Shown one piece after another: positions 19,222-28,394 of a DNA stretch of 53,519 nt. This DNA comes from Thermoplasmata archaeon (GTDB taxonomy: Archaea; Thermoplasmatota; Thermoplasmata; Lutacidiplasmatales; UBA184), in assembly GCA_028864975.1 (NCBI GenBank), contig JAGWLG010000023.1, positions 1 through 53,519 on the forward strand, in the 5' to 3' direction. The notes beneath the pieces were generated by a model that was not told where the DNA came from, ran no database searches, and was given only the letters and a program-made list of their open reading frames with translations. Numbering within the stretch: the first letter of the stretch is position 1; each line of letters opens with the position of its first letter. Made by a program: the position numbers and the translations under genes.

Positions 19222-19688
19222 CCGAACTGGAGTTCGGCTTCCTCCTCATCCCCCTCGTGGGGTTCGCCTACGGGGCCATCGAAGCGTGGCTCTCGGGGCG
19301 TGAACCGAGGGCGGAGGTGGTCGCGGTCGACGACCCTGCGTTCGGGGGAATGCCGACTATGGTCTCGGACCGCTGGGGGCTCACGGGCCGGCCGGACGAA
19401 CTGCGGAGGCTCCCGGACGGGGCCATCATCCCCGTGGAGATTAAGTCGTGCCGCTCGCCGAGGTGGGGGGTCCCCTACCCGTCGCACCGCATGCAGCTCC
19501 TCGCCTACTGCGCCCTCGTGGAGGAGACGTACGGGAAGGCGCCGCCGTACGGAATCCTCTCCTACGGGGATGGCAGGGAGCTCCACGTGGACTGGGACGA
19601 GGTCTCGAGGAGCGACCTCCGTCGGTCACTGGAATCCCACTCCCGCAACGGGCTTATTCACGGGGGACGCTTGGCGCTGATGCCATGA
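19209..19688 (+). CDS. Membrane-anchored Cas4-like RecB-family nuclease lacking the C-terminal Cys triad
   Basis: GTG start overlaps the upstream stop. N-terminal TM (FGFLLIPLVGFAYGAI); LTGRPD, PVEIKS, HRMQLLAYCALVEE. Confidence 0.7.
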   Translation: MDPLTELEFGFLLIPLVGFAYGAIEAWLSGREPRAEVVAVDDPAFGGMPTMVSDRWGLTGRPDELRRLPDGAIIPVEIKSCRSPRWGVPYPSHRMQLLAYCALVEETYGKAPPYGILSYGDGRELHVDWDEVSRSDLRRSLESHSRNGLIHGGRLALMP

Positions 19689-19800
19689 GGGTATTCGTCT
19701 TCGAGAAGATGCTTTCCGCGGTCGAGAGGCGGGCCAGCAGCACTCCTGGGTCAAAATGGAGGCAGCGAGCGGCAGCAAGGAGGAAGCGAGGTGGACGAGC

Positions 19801-21012
19801 ATGATAGCCCAACCCAAGTTCCTGGTGAGCGACCGGTTCGAGATTGAGCGTTTCGTGACGACCGACACGGATATCGTGGACTTCTTCAAGGACACACCCG
19901 CGGACGAAGTTGCCGAACGGCTTGAGACCGTCCTCCGCGTCGGGGTGGCCGCCCTAAGGACAGCGGACCTCGCGCAGAACGTCCAGATGGTCGAGCGGAA
20001 GTTCGGGGAGCTCAATCAGGCGTTCGAGAAGTCCTTAGAAAAGAACCTGGGAGAGGACTCCGAATTCGTCCGACTGCTCGTCGACTACTTGGGCAATGAT
20101 GGGAAGCTTCCCGCACAGGTCAAGGCGGCATTCGGTCCCGAGGGTATCCTCCATCAGCGGATCCAGGAGCTCCTGAGCCCTCACGGCCCCCTCGTGAAGC
20201 CCCTCCTCGACCCGTCCAATCCCGACTCCCCTCTGGGTCGCTTCAAGAGGGAAATGATCGAGGAGCTGGGGAAGATGGAGAAGAAGATTCTCGCCCAGCA
20301 AACCACCCGCAAGCAGAAGGCCGGCGCCATCGGTGCCACCTTCCAGGACGAGCTCGAGGTCCTTTTGGGGGAGCTTGCGAAGGGACCGAGGGACCTCCTG
20401 AAGCGTACTACGAGTGAGCCTGGCGTCCTTCCCAACCCCGATGGCAAGACCGCGCGGATCGTGGGCGATTTTGTGGTTCGCCCTGCCGAGCGTGTGGACG
20501 TCCCGATTGTCTTCGAGGCGAAGGGCGGGAAGCATCGGATGACCCTGAACGCCATCGAGGAGGAGATGAAGGAGGCGGTCGCGAACCGGGAAGCCAAGTA
20601 CGGCGTCTTCGTCGCCAGGCATGTCGGAGCCCTCCCGGCCGAGGTGGGCTGGTTTGACGAGCGCTGGGGAAGCATCCTGATTGTCGCCCTCGCCGACGAC
20701 ATGGAGGAGACACCGCGGCGAGAGATGCTCGAGACCGCCTATCGCTGGGCTCGATTGCGCGCACTCATGGAGAAGGCCGAGGCTCGTACTGGGACCGATC
20801 TCAACGCGGTGCGAGCTAAATTCCAGGAGGCCAGGCAGGTGGTCAAGGGAGTGTCGGCCCTCAAGTCCGAGCTCTCGAAATCCATCACTGGAATCAGGGG
20901 GGTGCAGGATGCGCTCGATCAGCTTCAGGAGAACGTCGGAGGATGCTTGGACTTGATCGAGAAGGAGATTGCCACAGCCTTCTCGAAACCGTCAACCACT
21001 CCGAGTTCGTGA
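19801..21012 (+). CDS. RmuC-like coiled-coil PD-(D/E)XK nuclease
   Basis: Coiled coils flank GATFQDEL...GDFVV...IVFEAK...EAVANREA. GAGGTG RBS before ATG 19801. Confidence 0.55.
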   Translation: MIAQPKFLVSDRFEIERFVTTDTDIVDFFKDTPADEVAERLETVLRVGVAALRTADLAQNVQMVERKFGELNQAFEKSLEKNLGEDSEFVRLLVDYLGNDGKLPAQVKAAFGPEGILHQRIQELLSPHGPLVKPLLDPSNPDSPLGRFKREMIEELGKMEKKILAQQTTRKQKAGAIGATFQDELEVLLGELAKGPRDLLKRTTSEPGVLPNPDGKTARIVGDFVVRPAERVDVPIVFEAKGGKHRMTLNAIEEEMKEAVANREAKYGVFVARHVGALPAEVGWFDERWGSILIVALADDMEETPRREMLETAYRWARLRALMEKAEARTGTDLNAVRAKFQEARQVVKGVSALKSELSKSITGIRGVQDALDQLQENVGGCLDLIEKEIATAFSKPSTTPSS

Positions 21013-21110
21013 GGTGGCCGGATAGAGGAGAGGACGCGGGCGGGACCGGCGTGTGCCGACCGCCAAGCCTGGTCAGAAACTCGGTGCGGTCGATCTAAGT
21101 CAGCCAGGCC

Positions 21111-22040
21111 CTAGCGATGTGACCGGCTTCCGCGCCTCTCCTTAAGGAGCGCACGCGTCCGATTCTTGAGATCCTGCAACCCACTGTAGGACAGCTTCGC
21201 CCCGGTCTCTTCAGCGAACTCGCGGACCCGGTCGTTCGTAAAGCTCCCTGCCAGCAGAGCGCGGGCCTCCGCCCACGCGAGGCACTGGACGACGAGCTTC
21301 TCCACGATACTGCGCTCCCGCTTGCGGAGCTCCTTGGTGATGGACTTGACGAGTTCATTCAGGGTCCCCTCAACATTGGCGTCTGGCAGCGTTCCGCCGC
21401 CCGGGAGGAACAACCCAGAGTTCTCCTTGGGCCGCAAGTCGGGAAGGTCGAGGTGCGAGGCAAGGAACTCCAGGAGGTCTTCACGGATTGACCACTCGCG
21501 GTCCGGGTCGGGAGGAGGCGCCGTTCGCTGTTCTACGTGGGTGAGGTAGGCGGCCGTGAGCTCGGACAAGCGAGAGTTCAGCGCACGGCCAAGAGCCTCG
21601 GTGACGTCGGCAGAGAATCGCGGAGTGGTGGGAGCGAGTATGCGACGGAACGATGAGTCAGCTTCCGAGTCTTCCCCTGCCCCTTCGCCCTCGCTGGTGG
21701 CCTCCTCGAACAGCCCGTCTGCCCAATCGGCTTCCCAGGTGAACTGGTGAATGAGGTTGTTCTTGATGAACGACAATTCGACGATACCGACCTCACCATC
21801 GTGCCCCCGAAGTTCCTCATCTGGGTCCTCGAAGTCGGAGGCCGCGAGCTTCCTCTGATAGAGGTAGACCGTGTCGACTCCCGCCTTCTCGGCGAAGTCG
21901 AGGAATGCACCGACCTCCTCTCCGTCCCATAGCATGGTCCGATAGAGTACCTCGCTCCCAACGGTTCCCGCCAGCGGGAAAACTTGGAACTTCCGGTCGT
22001 GGAGCTCAGCGAGTACATGTGGCTCCTTCTCTTTCGACAT
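21111..22040 (-). CDS. Hypothetical acidic protein
   Basis: Long ORF with protein-like composition and no recognised motif. The start (22040 or 22094) is uncertain. Confidence 0.6.
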   Translation of the reverse strand: MSKEKEPHVLAELHDRKFQVFPLAGTVGSEVLYRTMLWDGEEVGAFLDFAEKAGVDTVYLYQRKLAASDFEDPDEELRGHDGEVGIVELSFIKNNLIHQFTWEADWADGLFEEATSEGEGAGEDSEADSSFRRILAPTTPRFSADVTEALGRALNSRLSELTAAYLTHVEQRTAPPPDPDREWSIREDLLEFLASHLDLPDLRPKENSGLFLPGGGTLPDANVEGTLNELVKSITKELRKRERSIVEKLVVQCLAWAEARALLAGSFTNDRVREFAEETGAKLSYSGLQDLKNRTRALLKERRGSRSHR

Positions 22041-22168
22041 GTCGACTCGCTCGACATCAACTGGTCGGAAATAGAGATGCCGTTGCGCGAGCAAAGGGGG
22101 AGTGTCGATTCGTCGGAGTCTCCATCTCCGGCTCAGGGCACGGACTTCCCTCGTTCCCGAGGAAGTCC

Positions 22169-23332
22169 ATGCCCGCCATCAGCGCCACGCCCGCGACCGA
22201 CCTAGCGCCGAACTACCTGCCGACCCAGCCCGAGGGATTCTGGAGGGACCGAGGTGTCCTCGATCGCTCGTGGAACCCCCCCGTACTCGTCGGCCGAGAA
22301 GAGGTCCTCGCCCAGCTCGAGACTTCCGTCCTCGCGGGACTGACCTCGACCAGAGGGGTCGCGGTTTCCATCCACGGCCCCAGGGGTTCGGGGATCTCCA
22401 CCATCGCCGCCCACCTGGTGGCAACCGCGAAGGGCCGCCTGACCAGTCCCGGGTCGAAGGGCGCCCCCCTTGTTCTCCAGGCTGACGTGGCTGCCCACCG
22501 CTCCCCGAGCGCCCTGGTCACCGCCCTCTTCCGCGAGGTCGACCCGTCCTACGACGGCCGGGGCACTTCGGCCGAATTCTGTCTGCTCCTCTTCCTCCGG
22601 CGGTTGCGGACGATGGGCAGGCCTGCCATTCTCCTATTTGACCAGATTGGTGCGAAGATGGATCTCTCGAGGGTCCTTCGGCCGCTGGCACGGCCCGACC
22701 GCCTCATGCCCGAGGGGCCCGCGGGCCTCCCCACGATGCTCGTGGTGGCCGCTGGGGAACGCAATGCTCTCCCCGAGGACGTGGAGGCTATCCGGTCTCG
22801 CTTGGAACCCCTCGATCACCACGGGCTTTGCGAAGCTATCCAGGTTCGAGCGAACCTCGCATTCCAGAGCCCCCCCTCCCGGGACGTGGTGGAGGCCATT
22901 GCCCGCCTCTCAGTCGCCCAGGGCTTGGGCCTCTCGATGGTCGGTGAGATGCTCGCTGAAGGAGGGCGGCGAGCCGAGGCCCGCAGCGGACACCGGCTCG
23001 AGGTCGAAGATGTGGGGCTTCCCGCGGCCTTGCCCCGCCACAGCGCCGACGCTGAGGGCTTCGACATGGCGCTGCTCGAGGTCCTCCGCGGGGCCCGCGG
23101 AGCCTTCTCGGTGGGGGAGCTGCGCAGACGTGTGGCCGCCCGGTGCGAGGATACTGGGGTCCGGGCCCCCACGCAGGCCCGGCTATGGAGGCACCTGGTC
23201 GGGCTCGAGCGGAAGGGGGTCGTCCAACGGGAGGTCCACCTGGGTGGCGCGGGTGGAAGCACCTCCGTGGTCTCGCTGGTCGCGGAGTCCTCATCTGCCC
23301 CGACGGCAGGGGCGCCCCATGCCGTCGCCTGA
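22169..23332 (+). CDS. Cdc6/Orc1-like AAA+ protein with C-terminal winged helix and degenerate ATPase motifs
   Basis: LDRSWNPPVLVGREE; Walker A GPRGSGIST; Walker B LLFDQIG; IRSRL; C-terminal LWRHLVGLERKGVVQREVHLGGAGGSTSVVSL. Confidence 0.8.
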   Translation: MPAISATPATDLAPNYLPTQPEGFWRDRGVLDRSWNPPVLVGREEVLAQLETSVLAGLTSTRGVAVSIHGPRGSGISTIAAHLVATAKGRLTSPGSKGAPLVLQADVAAHRSPSALVTALFREVDPSYDGRGTSAEFCLLLFLRRLRTMGRPAILLFDQIGAKMDLSRVLRPLARPDRLMPEGPAGLPTMLVVAAGERNALPEDVEAIRSRLEPLDHHGLCEAIQVRANLAFQSPPSRDVVEAIARLSVAQGLGLSMVGEMLAEGGRRAEARSGHRLEVEDVGLPAALPRHSADAEGFDMALLEVLRGARGAFSVGELRRRVAARCEDTGVRAPTQARLWRHLVGLERKGVVQREVHLGGAGGSTSVVSLVAESSSAPTAGAPHAVA

Positions 23333-23921
23333 GTCTGAGTGGTCCTGGGCCCCGAGGTCAAACGAGTGGACGGTCCTCGCCGTCATCGGCCCGGGACCCA
23401 TCGGCCTCTGGGTGAACAGGCCCGAGCACGCTCTTCTTCTCGGGCTGCCGACGACGGATGCCGGGGCGAAGCAGCTCCGCCGCGCGCAGCGCACGTTGGC
23501 CTTCCTGGACCGGGGCCCTGGGGTCACGCGTGTCATCAACGCCTCCCGCGACCACAAGGTCCTCGAGAAGGAGATGGCGCATGACCGGATTGTTGCTCTG
23601 TCCGAGGCCGACCTTCACTGCGCCCAGCATCTACCCTTGCCGCCGGCGGTTGTCTCGCATCTCCGACTGAGAACAGACGGAGCGACGCACCCGAAACTCA
23701 ACGATTCCATGGCGTGGGTCGTGCGGACAGCCGAGTTGACCGCGTGGAGAAGGACCCGGAACTCGCCTCCCTCCAAGTCCGTGCGCTCGGGTGGCGCGGT
23801 CCTTTCTGCATTACGTGGCCGGCGCAGAGACGAGTCGACGACTTCCGCTCCAGAGGAGCTGCCCCCCGTCAGTGTCTACCTCACGAAGATCCACTTGCCG
23901 ATTACGCCGGCAGTCGGATGA
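23319..23921 (+). CDS. Paralogue of 1906-2478 (putative AbrB/MraZ-like)
   Basis: Start overlaps the Cdc6-like stop. LAFLDRGPGVTRVIN here matches LAFLDRGPGMVRVIN in the paralogue, and further blocks are colinear. Confidence 0.7.
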   Translation: MPSPESEWSWAPRSNEWTVLAVIGPGPIGLWVNRPEHALLLGLPTTDAGAKQLRRAQRTLAFLDRGPGVTRVINASRDHKVLEKEMAHDRIVALSEADLHCAQHLPLPPAVVSHLRLRTDGATHPKLNDSMAWVVRTAELTAWRRTRNSPPSKSVRSGGAVLSALRGRRRDESTTSAPEELPPVSVYLTKIHLPITPAVG

Positions 23922-24136
23922 GAGCTGGCTGTGGTCAAGCTCCTGTCTTGGCGGGCGCTAGCCAAGATTTGGGACCCAAAGTCAAGCGCCCTGTCTGGCC
24001 AAGAGTGGACACCAAGTGACGAGGGGGGGACACTGCGGTCGGCGTCGTGCGTGCTCGGCGGGTAGCTTGGATTCAGGTACACCGCTCGCGCCAGGCAGAA
24101 CCTAGCCGCCGATAGTCCCGACTGCCGCGTGGAGCG

Positions 24137-25006
24137 TCACCGCTCGTCCTCTCCTTCCTCCGGGTTCCCTTCCGGCTCGATGGAGAAGCTCTCCAAGAAG
24201 CGTGTACCGAGCCAGTCTGAGAGGGCCTTCGAGAAGCTCTTCCTGGCTTGGGTATTGTCAATCACGTTGACGACCAAGGACCGCCCCTCTGCCTCCCACC
24301 TGGCGTAATCCTTCAGGTAGAAGGCCGCGCGCTCGAGGAGGGTGGCGACAGTTCGCCCGAGCCGAGCTCTTCCAGCCTGGGAGACCGACTGGGATAGCTC
24401 GCCAAGAAGAGGGGACACAATCTCGGTCGCACTCACCCTCCCGCCTGTGGAGGCGACTTGCCTGATGATTCCGGCCAGGGGGAACTTGACCTCCTCGATA
24501 CTCGACTCGGGGAGCGCTTTCAGTCCGTACGCGGGAGTCGGACCAGGAAAGCCGCTCCATCGGTTCAGCGCCTCGAGTAGACGCGAGTCGGAAACGTTTA
24601 CGAGGCGGCACTCGGCCGGGTCCGAAACGCGGATTGCGTTCATCTCATTCGGGAAGGAGACGAACCCTGAGGTGTTGGTGACGAAGAACGGCGACCCCGC
24701 GGGTTCTCTAGGTCTGTCTCCGAACCGGGACCTGAGCGCGGGTGTTAGACCTCCTGCCGCGTACCGACGCAGGCCGCGGAAGTCCTTGTTTGGGCCACAG
24801 GAGATCTCCAAGACCGCAAAGTGTGTGTCACTCACCGCGATTAGGTCTGGCTCGCTTTCGTTGTCGAGAGTGGGCTCGATCTGCACGTCTCGGTATCCCG
24901 CGTCGTAGAGCGGGCCGCTGAAGTCGGACCGATGGTCGATCAAGGCATATGCCCGCCGCCAGACGTCGAGCCGTCTCTCGGCCAACTGTCGGTCAGTCTC
25001 AGGCAA
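24137..25006 (-). CDS. Hypothetical protein with PD-(D/E)XK-like N-terminus and helical C-terminus
   Basis: EPDLIAVSDTHFAVLEISCG. The TTG start overlaps the upstream stop by 8 bp. Confidence 0.55.
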   Translation of the reverse strand: MPETDRQLAERRLDVWRRAYALIDHRSDFSGPLYDAGYRDVQIEPTLDNESEPDLIAVSDTHFAVLEISCGPNKDFRGLRRYAAGGLTPALRSRFGDRPREPAGSPFFVTNTSGFVSFPNEMNAIRVSDPAECRLVNVSDSRLLEALNRWSGFPGPTPAYGLKALPESSIEEVKFPLAGIIRQVASTGGRVSATEIVSPLLGELSQSVSQAGRARLGRTVATLLERAAFYLKDYARWEAEGRSLVVNVIDNTQARKSFSKALSDWLGTRFLESFSIEPEGNPEEGEDER

Positions 25007-26039
25007 AGAGCGGGGCCCCCTCGTAGAACATCTCGGTACGGCTGGAGAGGTTCGTTGAGGAGACGGTCATCAACCGAGGCGCGGCGTTCATGCATCCTCC
25101 TCGGTTGACCCCGAGGTACGCGTACGCCTCCGCGATGTCTAGGTCGACGAGCTCGCTGGTGTGGAGGTCCACCCCTGTGTATCGATGAAGGCCGCCATCG
25201 ACCTCGTACCGCTGCATCCAGAGGCGTGGGTCGCCGATTCCGGATTCTACGAGCTCCTGGAACCGCTCGAGATTCAGCTCGGTCTTGAACTTGAACTCAA
25301 TCGGTCGGGGGAAGGCGAGCCGCCTGTTCTCCATCTCCCCGAGCTCGCCAGAATACGAAGACCCGATCTCGTTTACCAGTGTCAGAATCTCCTCTGGGTC
25401 CTCGCTGGCGGCCACAGTCATGTGACCCCTTCCGTAGAGTTCGAGGAGGAGACGAGACCCGATATCAGGGGAACGTGACGGGCGACTCATTCGCAGGGAG
25501 GATTTCGTGAAGGTCTGCTCGGCCGCCCGTACAAAGTCAATCTGCCTCTGTGGCAGGTCGCTGCCAAGCCAGAACTTCCCCGAAAAGGAAGGGAGATCGT
25601 CCAGGGTGCGACCCTTCGCGAGTAGGCCCATGAAAGAGAACCGGAATCCTCGGCCCTCGAACCCGCTTCGACGGCGAACCCTCTCGAGGAATGACTCCGG
25701 GAGCCACACACGGTCGACCCCCCTCTGGGAGAGAAGGTCGTCCTTGACGACCTTCTCCGTCCTCTCCCTCGATTGAAATGTATAGACGTACCAAATTCGA
25801 GGGTTCGCTGCATCTAGCCACAGAGGGCTCGCATCAGTGTCTTCGATGCCGCGGCGATAGTAGAAGTCCTTCTCGCCCAGGGCCCAGCCCGCGTTCTGCC
25901 GGGGAGCAGGCGAGAACTTCTGGTTGACCTCCAACCAGTACACTTTCAACTGTTGCTGCCCAAAGCCCCCACTCTCTAACCGTCGAGAGACCTCTGCAAA
26001 CAGCTCCCTTCGCGTTCGTGGGATCTCGACCATGTTCAT
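24999..26039 (-). CDS. Hypothetical protein (346 aa)
   Basis: Long ORF with a conserved-looking C-terminus (GVDLHT..LDI..AYL....GCMNAAPRL). Family not recognised. Confidence 0.7.
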   Translation of the reverse strand: MNMVEIPRTRRELFAEVSRRLESGGFGQQQLKVYWLEVNQKFSPAPRQNAGWALGEKDFYYRRGIEDTDASPLWLDAANPRIWYVYTFQSRERTEKVVKDDLLSQRGVDRVWLPESFLERVRRRSGFEGRGFRFSFMGLLAKGRTLDDLPSFSGKFWLGSDLPQRQIDFVRAAEQTFTKSSLRMSRPSRSPDIGSRLLLELYGRGHMTVAASEDPEEILTLVNEIGSSYSGELGEMENRRLAFPRPIEFKFKTELNLERFQELVESGIGDPRLWMQRYEVDGGLHRYTGVDLHTSELVDLDIAEAYAYLGVNRGGCMNAAPRLMTVSSTNLSSRTEMFYEGAPLFA

Positions 26040-26463
26040 TCACCCCGGTGGCCAAGGGGATACCGAGGCAGCGGGGACCCTTGGTTCACCCTAGGTCCAT
26101 ACCCCCCGAGCACTCGGAAGCCGCCGGAAGCATTTGTGACCTACGATATGAAGGCACGGGTTCCTCTTGAGCCGATTCCCTCAGGCTCGCTCTCGGTTCG
26201 GCCCCCACATGGCGTTGACCCTGCAGTCCATCGTGTTGGAGGGGACTCGCGGAGGTCGCATGGGGGTATCCATCGGCGCTTGCGGATGGCCATGCACTTC
26301 TCGCGACGGGCTTGTGCGTTTCACCGGGCATGAGTGGGACCTCACCGCAAGTCGCATGGTGGGTCCCGAGTTCCGACAGCCAGGAGGGCAGGTCAACGAG
26401 ATTCCAAGCACTGGTCAGCGCCTCTTGGCGATAGCTTAACGACCCGTCCCTCTTCGCCCAGAC

Positions 26464-26997
26464 ATGGCTCCTGCCCGCAGGAAGCGCGTACTCACTCGTC
26501 AGGGCACCCGCGACTTCGTCCTGAAGGCCCTCGAAGAGACGCGGAGGGGGCGTGCCGTCGCAACGATGGCCATCATCCGGCAGGTCCGCAAGCTCTCGGG
26601 GAAGCGCATCCCCGAGGAAACCATCCGCTCCTCACTCAAGACCCTCGTCCGCCAGCGGCTCGTGAAGGGACGCAAGAACGGCAACGAGAAGTTCTACAAG
26701 CTGGTCGCGGCTCCTTCCGCCGCCGGCGCAGCCACCTCTTCGGCGGAAACTCCCCCACCGGAGCGCGTGCCCCTGAACGAGTTGTTCGAACGCCACGCAA
26801 AGGAACCTCGGCACGCAGTGGGCTGGATCGACCCGAAGACGGAGCGTTTCCGCAACATCATCGTGGGCGAGCCCACCCTGCCCCACAAGCTCGCGATCGG
26901 GGAGGTCCTCATCCTCGAGATCGGGCTCGCTCATGTGGAGACCGCCACGAACGTGCACGGCAAGGTGGTCCTCGAGAGGCACACACGGCCGAAGTAG
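26464..26997 (+). CDS. Winged-helix DNA-binding protein with small C-terminal beta domain
   Basis: IPEETIRSSLKTLVRQRLVKGRKNGNEKFYKL. CTTAAC box at 26435-26440, 24 nt upstream. Confidence 0.75.
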   Translation: MAPARRKRVLTRQGTRDFVLKALEETRRGRAVATMAIIRQVRKLSGKRIPEETIRSSLKTLVRQRLVKGRKNGNEKFYKLVAAPSAAGAATSSAETPPPERVPLNELFERHAKEPRHAVGWIDPKTERFRNIIVGEPTLPHKLAIGEVLILEIGLAHVETATNVHGKVVLERHTRPK

Positions 26998-27088
26998 TAG
27001 TCTCGCCAGTCGATCGAGGACGACCGGGGACATTCCGGGTCTAGGGTGCACGCGGCGGCTCGAAGCCAGCCTATCGGGGGTCCTGACT

Positions 27089-27403
27089 TCAGGAACTAGG
27101 GACGAGAGGTAGTGCGAGCCCAACGCCCACCGCCCAAGCGATGATCATGATCGTGATAGCTCCGGCTGCGACACCCACGAAGAAGGCTAGACATGCCAAC
27201 GCGTCATGCCTCTCGTGGGCCGGTGTCCTTCGCGAGTTCCGGCGGGACACCGCGCTCGCCCCGAACCCGCCGGCCGTAAGAACGACCACGACCAAGAGAT
27301 CAGTACGCAGAGCGGCAGGGACAATGATGATCCACAGCAGAAGCCCGACGCACACCCCAACGATCAGAAGCGCGCAAGCGACCTGAGCTGAGCTGAGCGT
27401 CAT
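27089..27403 (-). CDS. Small three-TM membrane protein
   Basis: Three hydrophobic helices. ATGA coupling with the upstream ORF. Confidence 0.6.
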   Translation of the reverse strand: MTLSSAQVACALLIVGVCVGLLLWIIIVPAALRTDLLVVVVLTAGGFGASAVSRRNSRRTPAHERHDALACLAFFVGVAAGAITIMIIAWAVGVGLALPLVPSS

Positions 27404-27552
27404 TGCGTCCCCCCCGCGGACCTGGCAAGGGTCTGTCTTCTCTGTCGAGACTTCCTACGCAGAACGTCTCGATGACTCTCACGGTATCTTGCTTGTCGCC
27501 GCTTCTTGAGGCAACTGGGGCAGAGGAGAGGGTCCCCTGGTTTGCGGCCCAT
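27400..27552 (-). CDS. Small basic CxxC protein (50 aa)
   Basis: MGRKPGDPLLCPSCLKKRRQARYRESHRD. TACTTAATA box 24 nt upstream and ATGA overlap with the downstream gene. Confidence 0.45.
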   Translation of the reverse strand: MGRKPGDPLLCPSCLKKRRQARYRESHRDVLRRKSRQRRQTLARSAGGTQ

Positions 27553-27809
27553 GCGTCGTCTACCACGTCCAGGAGTATTAAGTACACCGTCGCCTCTTCG
27601 AGGATATTTCGTCGCCACGTCCTATCCAGAAGCGCGATTCTCATCTCCGGAATCGAGACTCCCGGCCACCGTGCGGTCTGCTGGTTCTGCGAGGCCGCAC
27701 GGCCCGTGGACGCCCTCGTGGCGAGGGTGTCCGGTCGCCTCATCCACACCTGCCACTCCTGCTCGAAGTTCCTCCTCACAACGAACCTCGTCTACTCCTG
27801 AGATTGGCG

Positions 27810-27908
27810 ATGACCGACTTCGACCTGGATCTGATCGTTGCGTTGGAGATCCTTGTCGCAACCGCGCTGGGGTGGTGGGGTGTTCGAGTTCGAAGGCTCT
27901 CGGCCTAG
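27810..27908 (+). CDS. 32-aa single-TM peptide
   Basis: Not in the ORF track: MTDFDLDLIVALEILVATALGWWGVRVRRLSA (acidic N-terminus, TM, basic tail). Confidence 0.45.
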   Translation: MTDFDLDLIVALEILVATALGWWGVRVRRLSA

Positions 27909-27997
27909 CAGCTGGACCGAGAGCTCTGACAGCCGTGGCCGGAGCCTGCTCCTCTCCGTCCCCGAGAGGAGCCATGCTCGAACCGCTTCCGAAGGGC

Positions 27998-28032
27998 CTT
28001 ATAGCCACAATGTCTCTCACATCATGTGAGAG
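27998..28032 (+). promoter_or_regulatory. TATA box plus operator palindrome
   Basis: CTTATA at 27998-28003, and perfect CTCTCACAT-C-ATGTGAGAG at 28014-28032 immediately before ATG 28034. Confidence 0.6.
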
Positions 28033-28033
28033 C

Positions 28034-28393
28034 ATGAAGGGGTTCGCGGTCGAGGACCCGGTGGCCTACGCCTTCAGCCACCCGGAGGCGAAGCGCATCC
28101 TCCGGGCCGTCCTGGAGAAAGGCGGCCAAGGCTTCGAAGAGGTCCGCGCGCAGGTTGGGATCGAGCATTCGGAGACGTTCCACCGGGTCGTCCGGAAGCT
28201 CGCCCAGTTCGACCTGGTGGCCGTTCGGGCCGCTCCCGGGGCGAAGTTCCGCAAGCACCGGATCCCGATGGTGCTGGAGCCGACCGCCAAGACCGAGAGG
28301 CTGGTCCGCGTTCTGCACCAGCTCGACCAGGTCGTCGTCGAGAACGGGGCCATCGTCGGTCAGAGGACCGTCCAGGAGTTGGCGGTCCTCTGA
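28034..28393 (+). CDS. Winged-helix transcriptional regulator (candidate antitoxin)
   Basis: EAKRILRAVLEKGGQGFEEVRAQVG..SETFHRVVRKLAQFDLV. Confidence 0.7.
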   Translation: MKGFAVEDPVAYAFSHPEAKRILRAVLEKGGQGFEEVRAQVGIEHSETFHRVVRKLAQFDLVAVRAAPGAKFRKHRIPMVLEPTAKTERLVRVLHQLDQVVVENGAIVGQRTVQELAVL

Positions 28394-28394
28394 C

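Noticed and set aside
21905-22168. N-terminal extension of the Cdc6-like ORF
   Set aside because: It overlaps the divergent gene and looks non-coding. The Cdc6-like sequence begins after ATG 22169.
26040-26463. tRNA or att site, or a small ORF, in the long intergenic region
   Set aside because: No cloverleaf or T-loop consensus was found, and the short ORFs lack motifs and RBS support.
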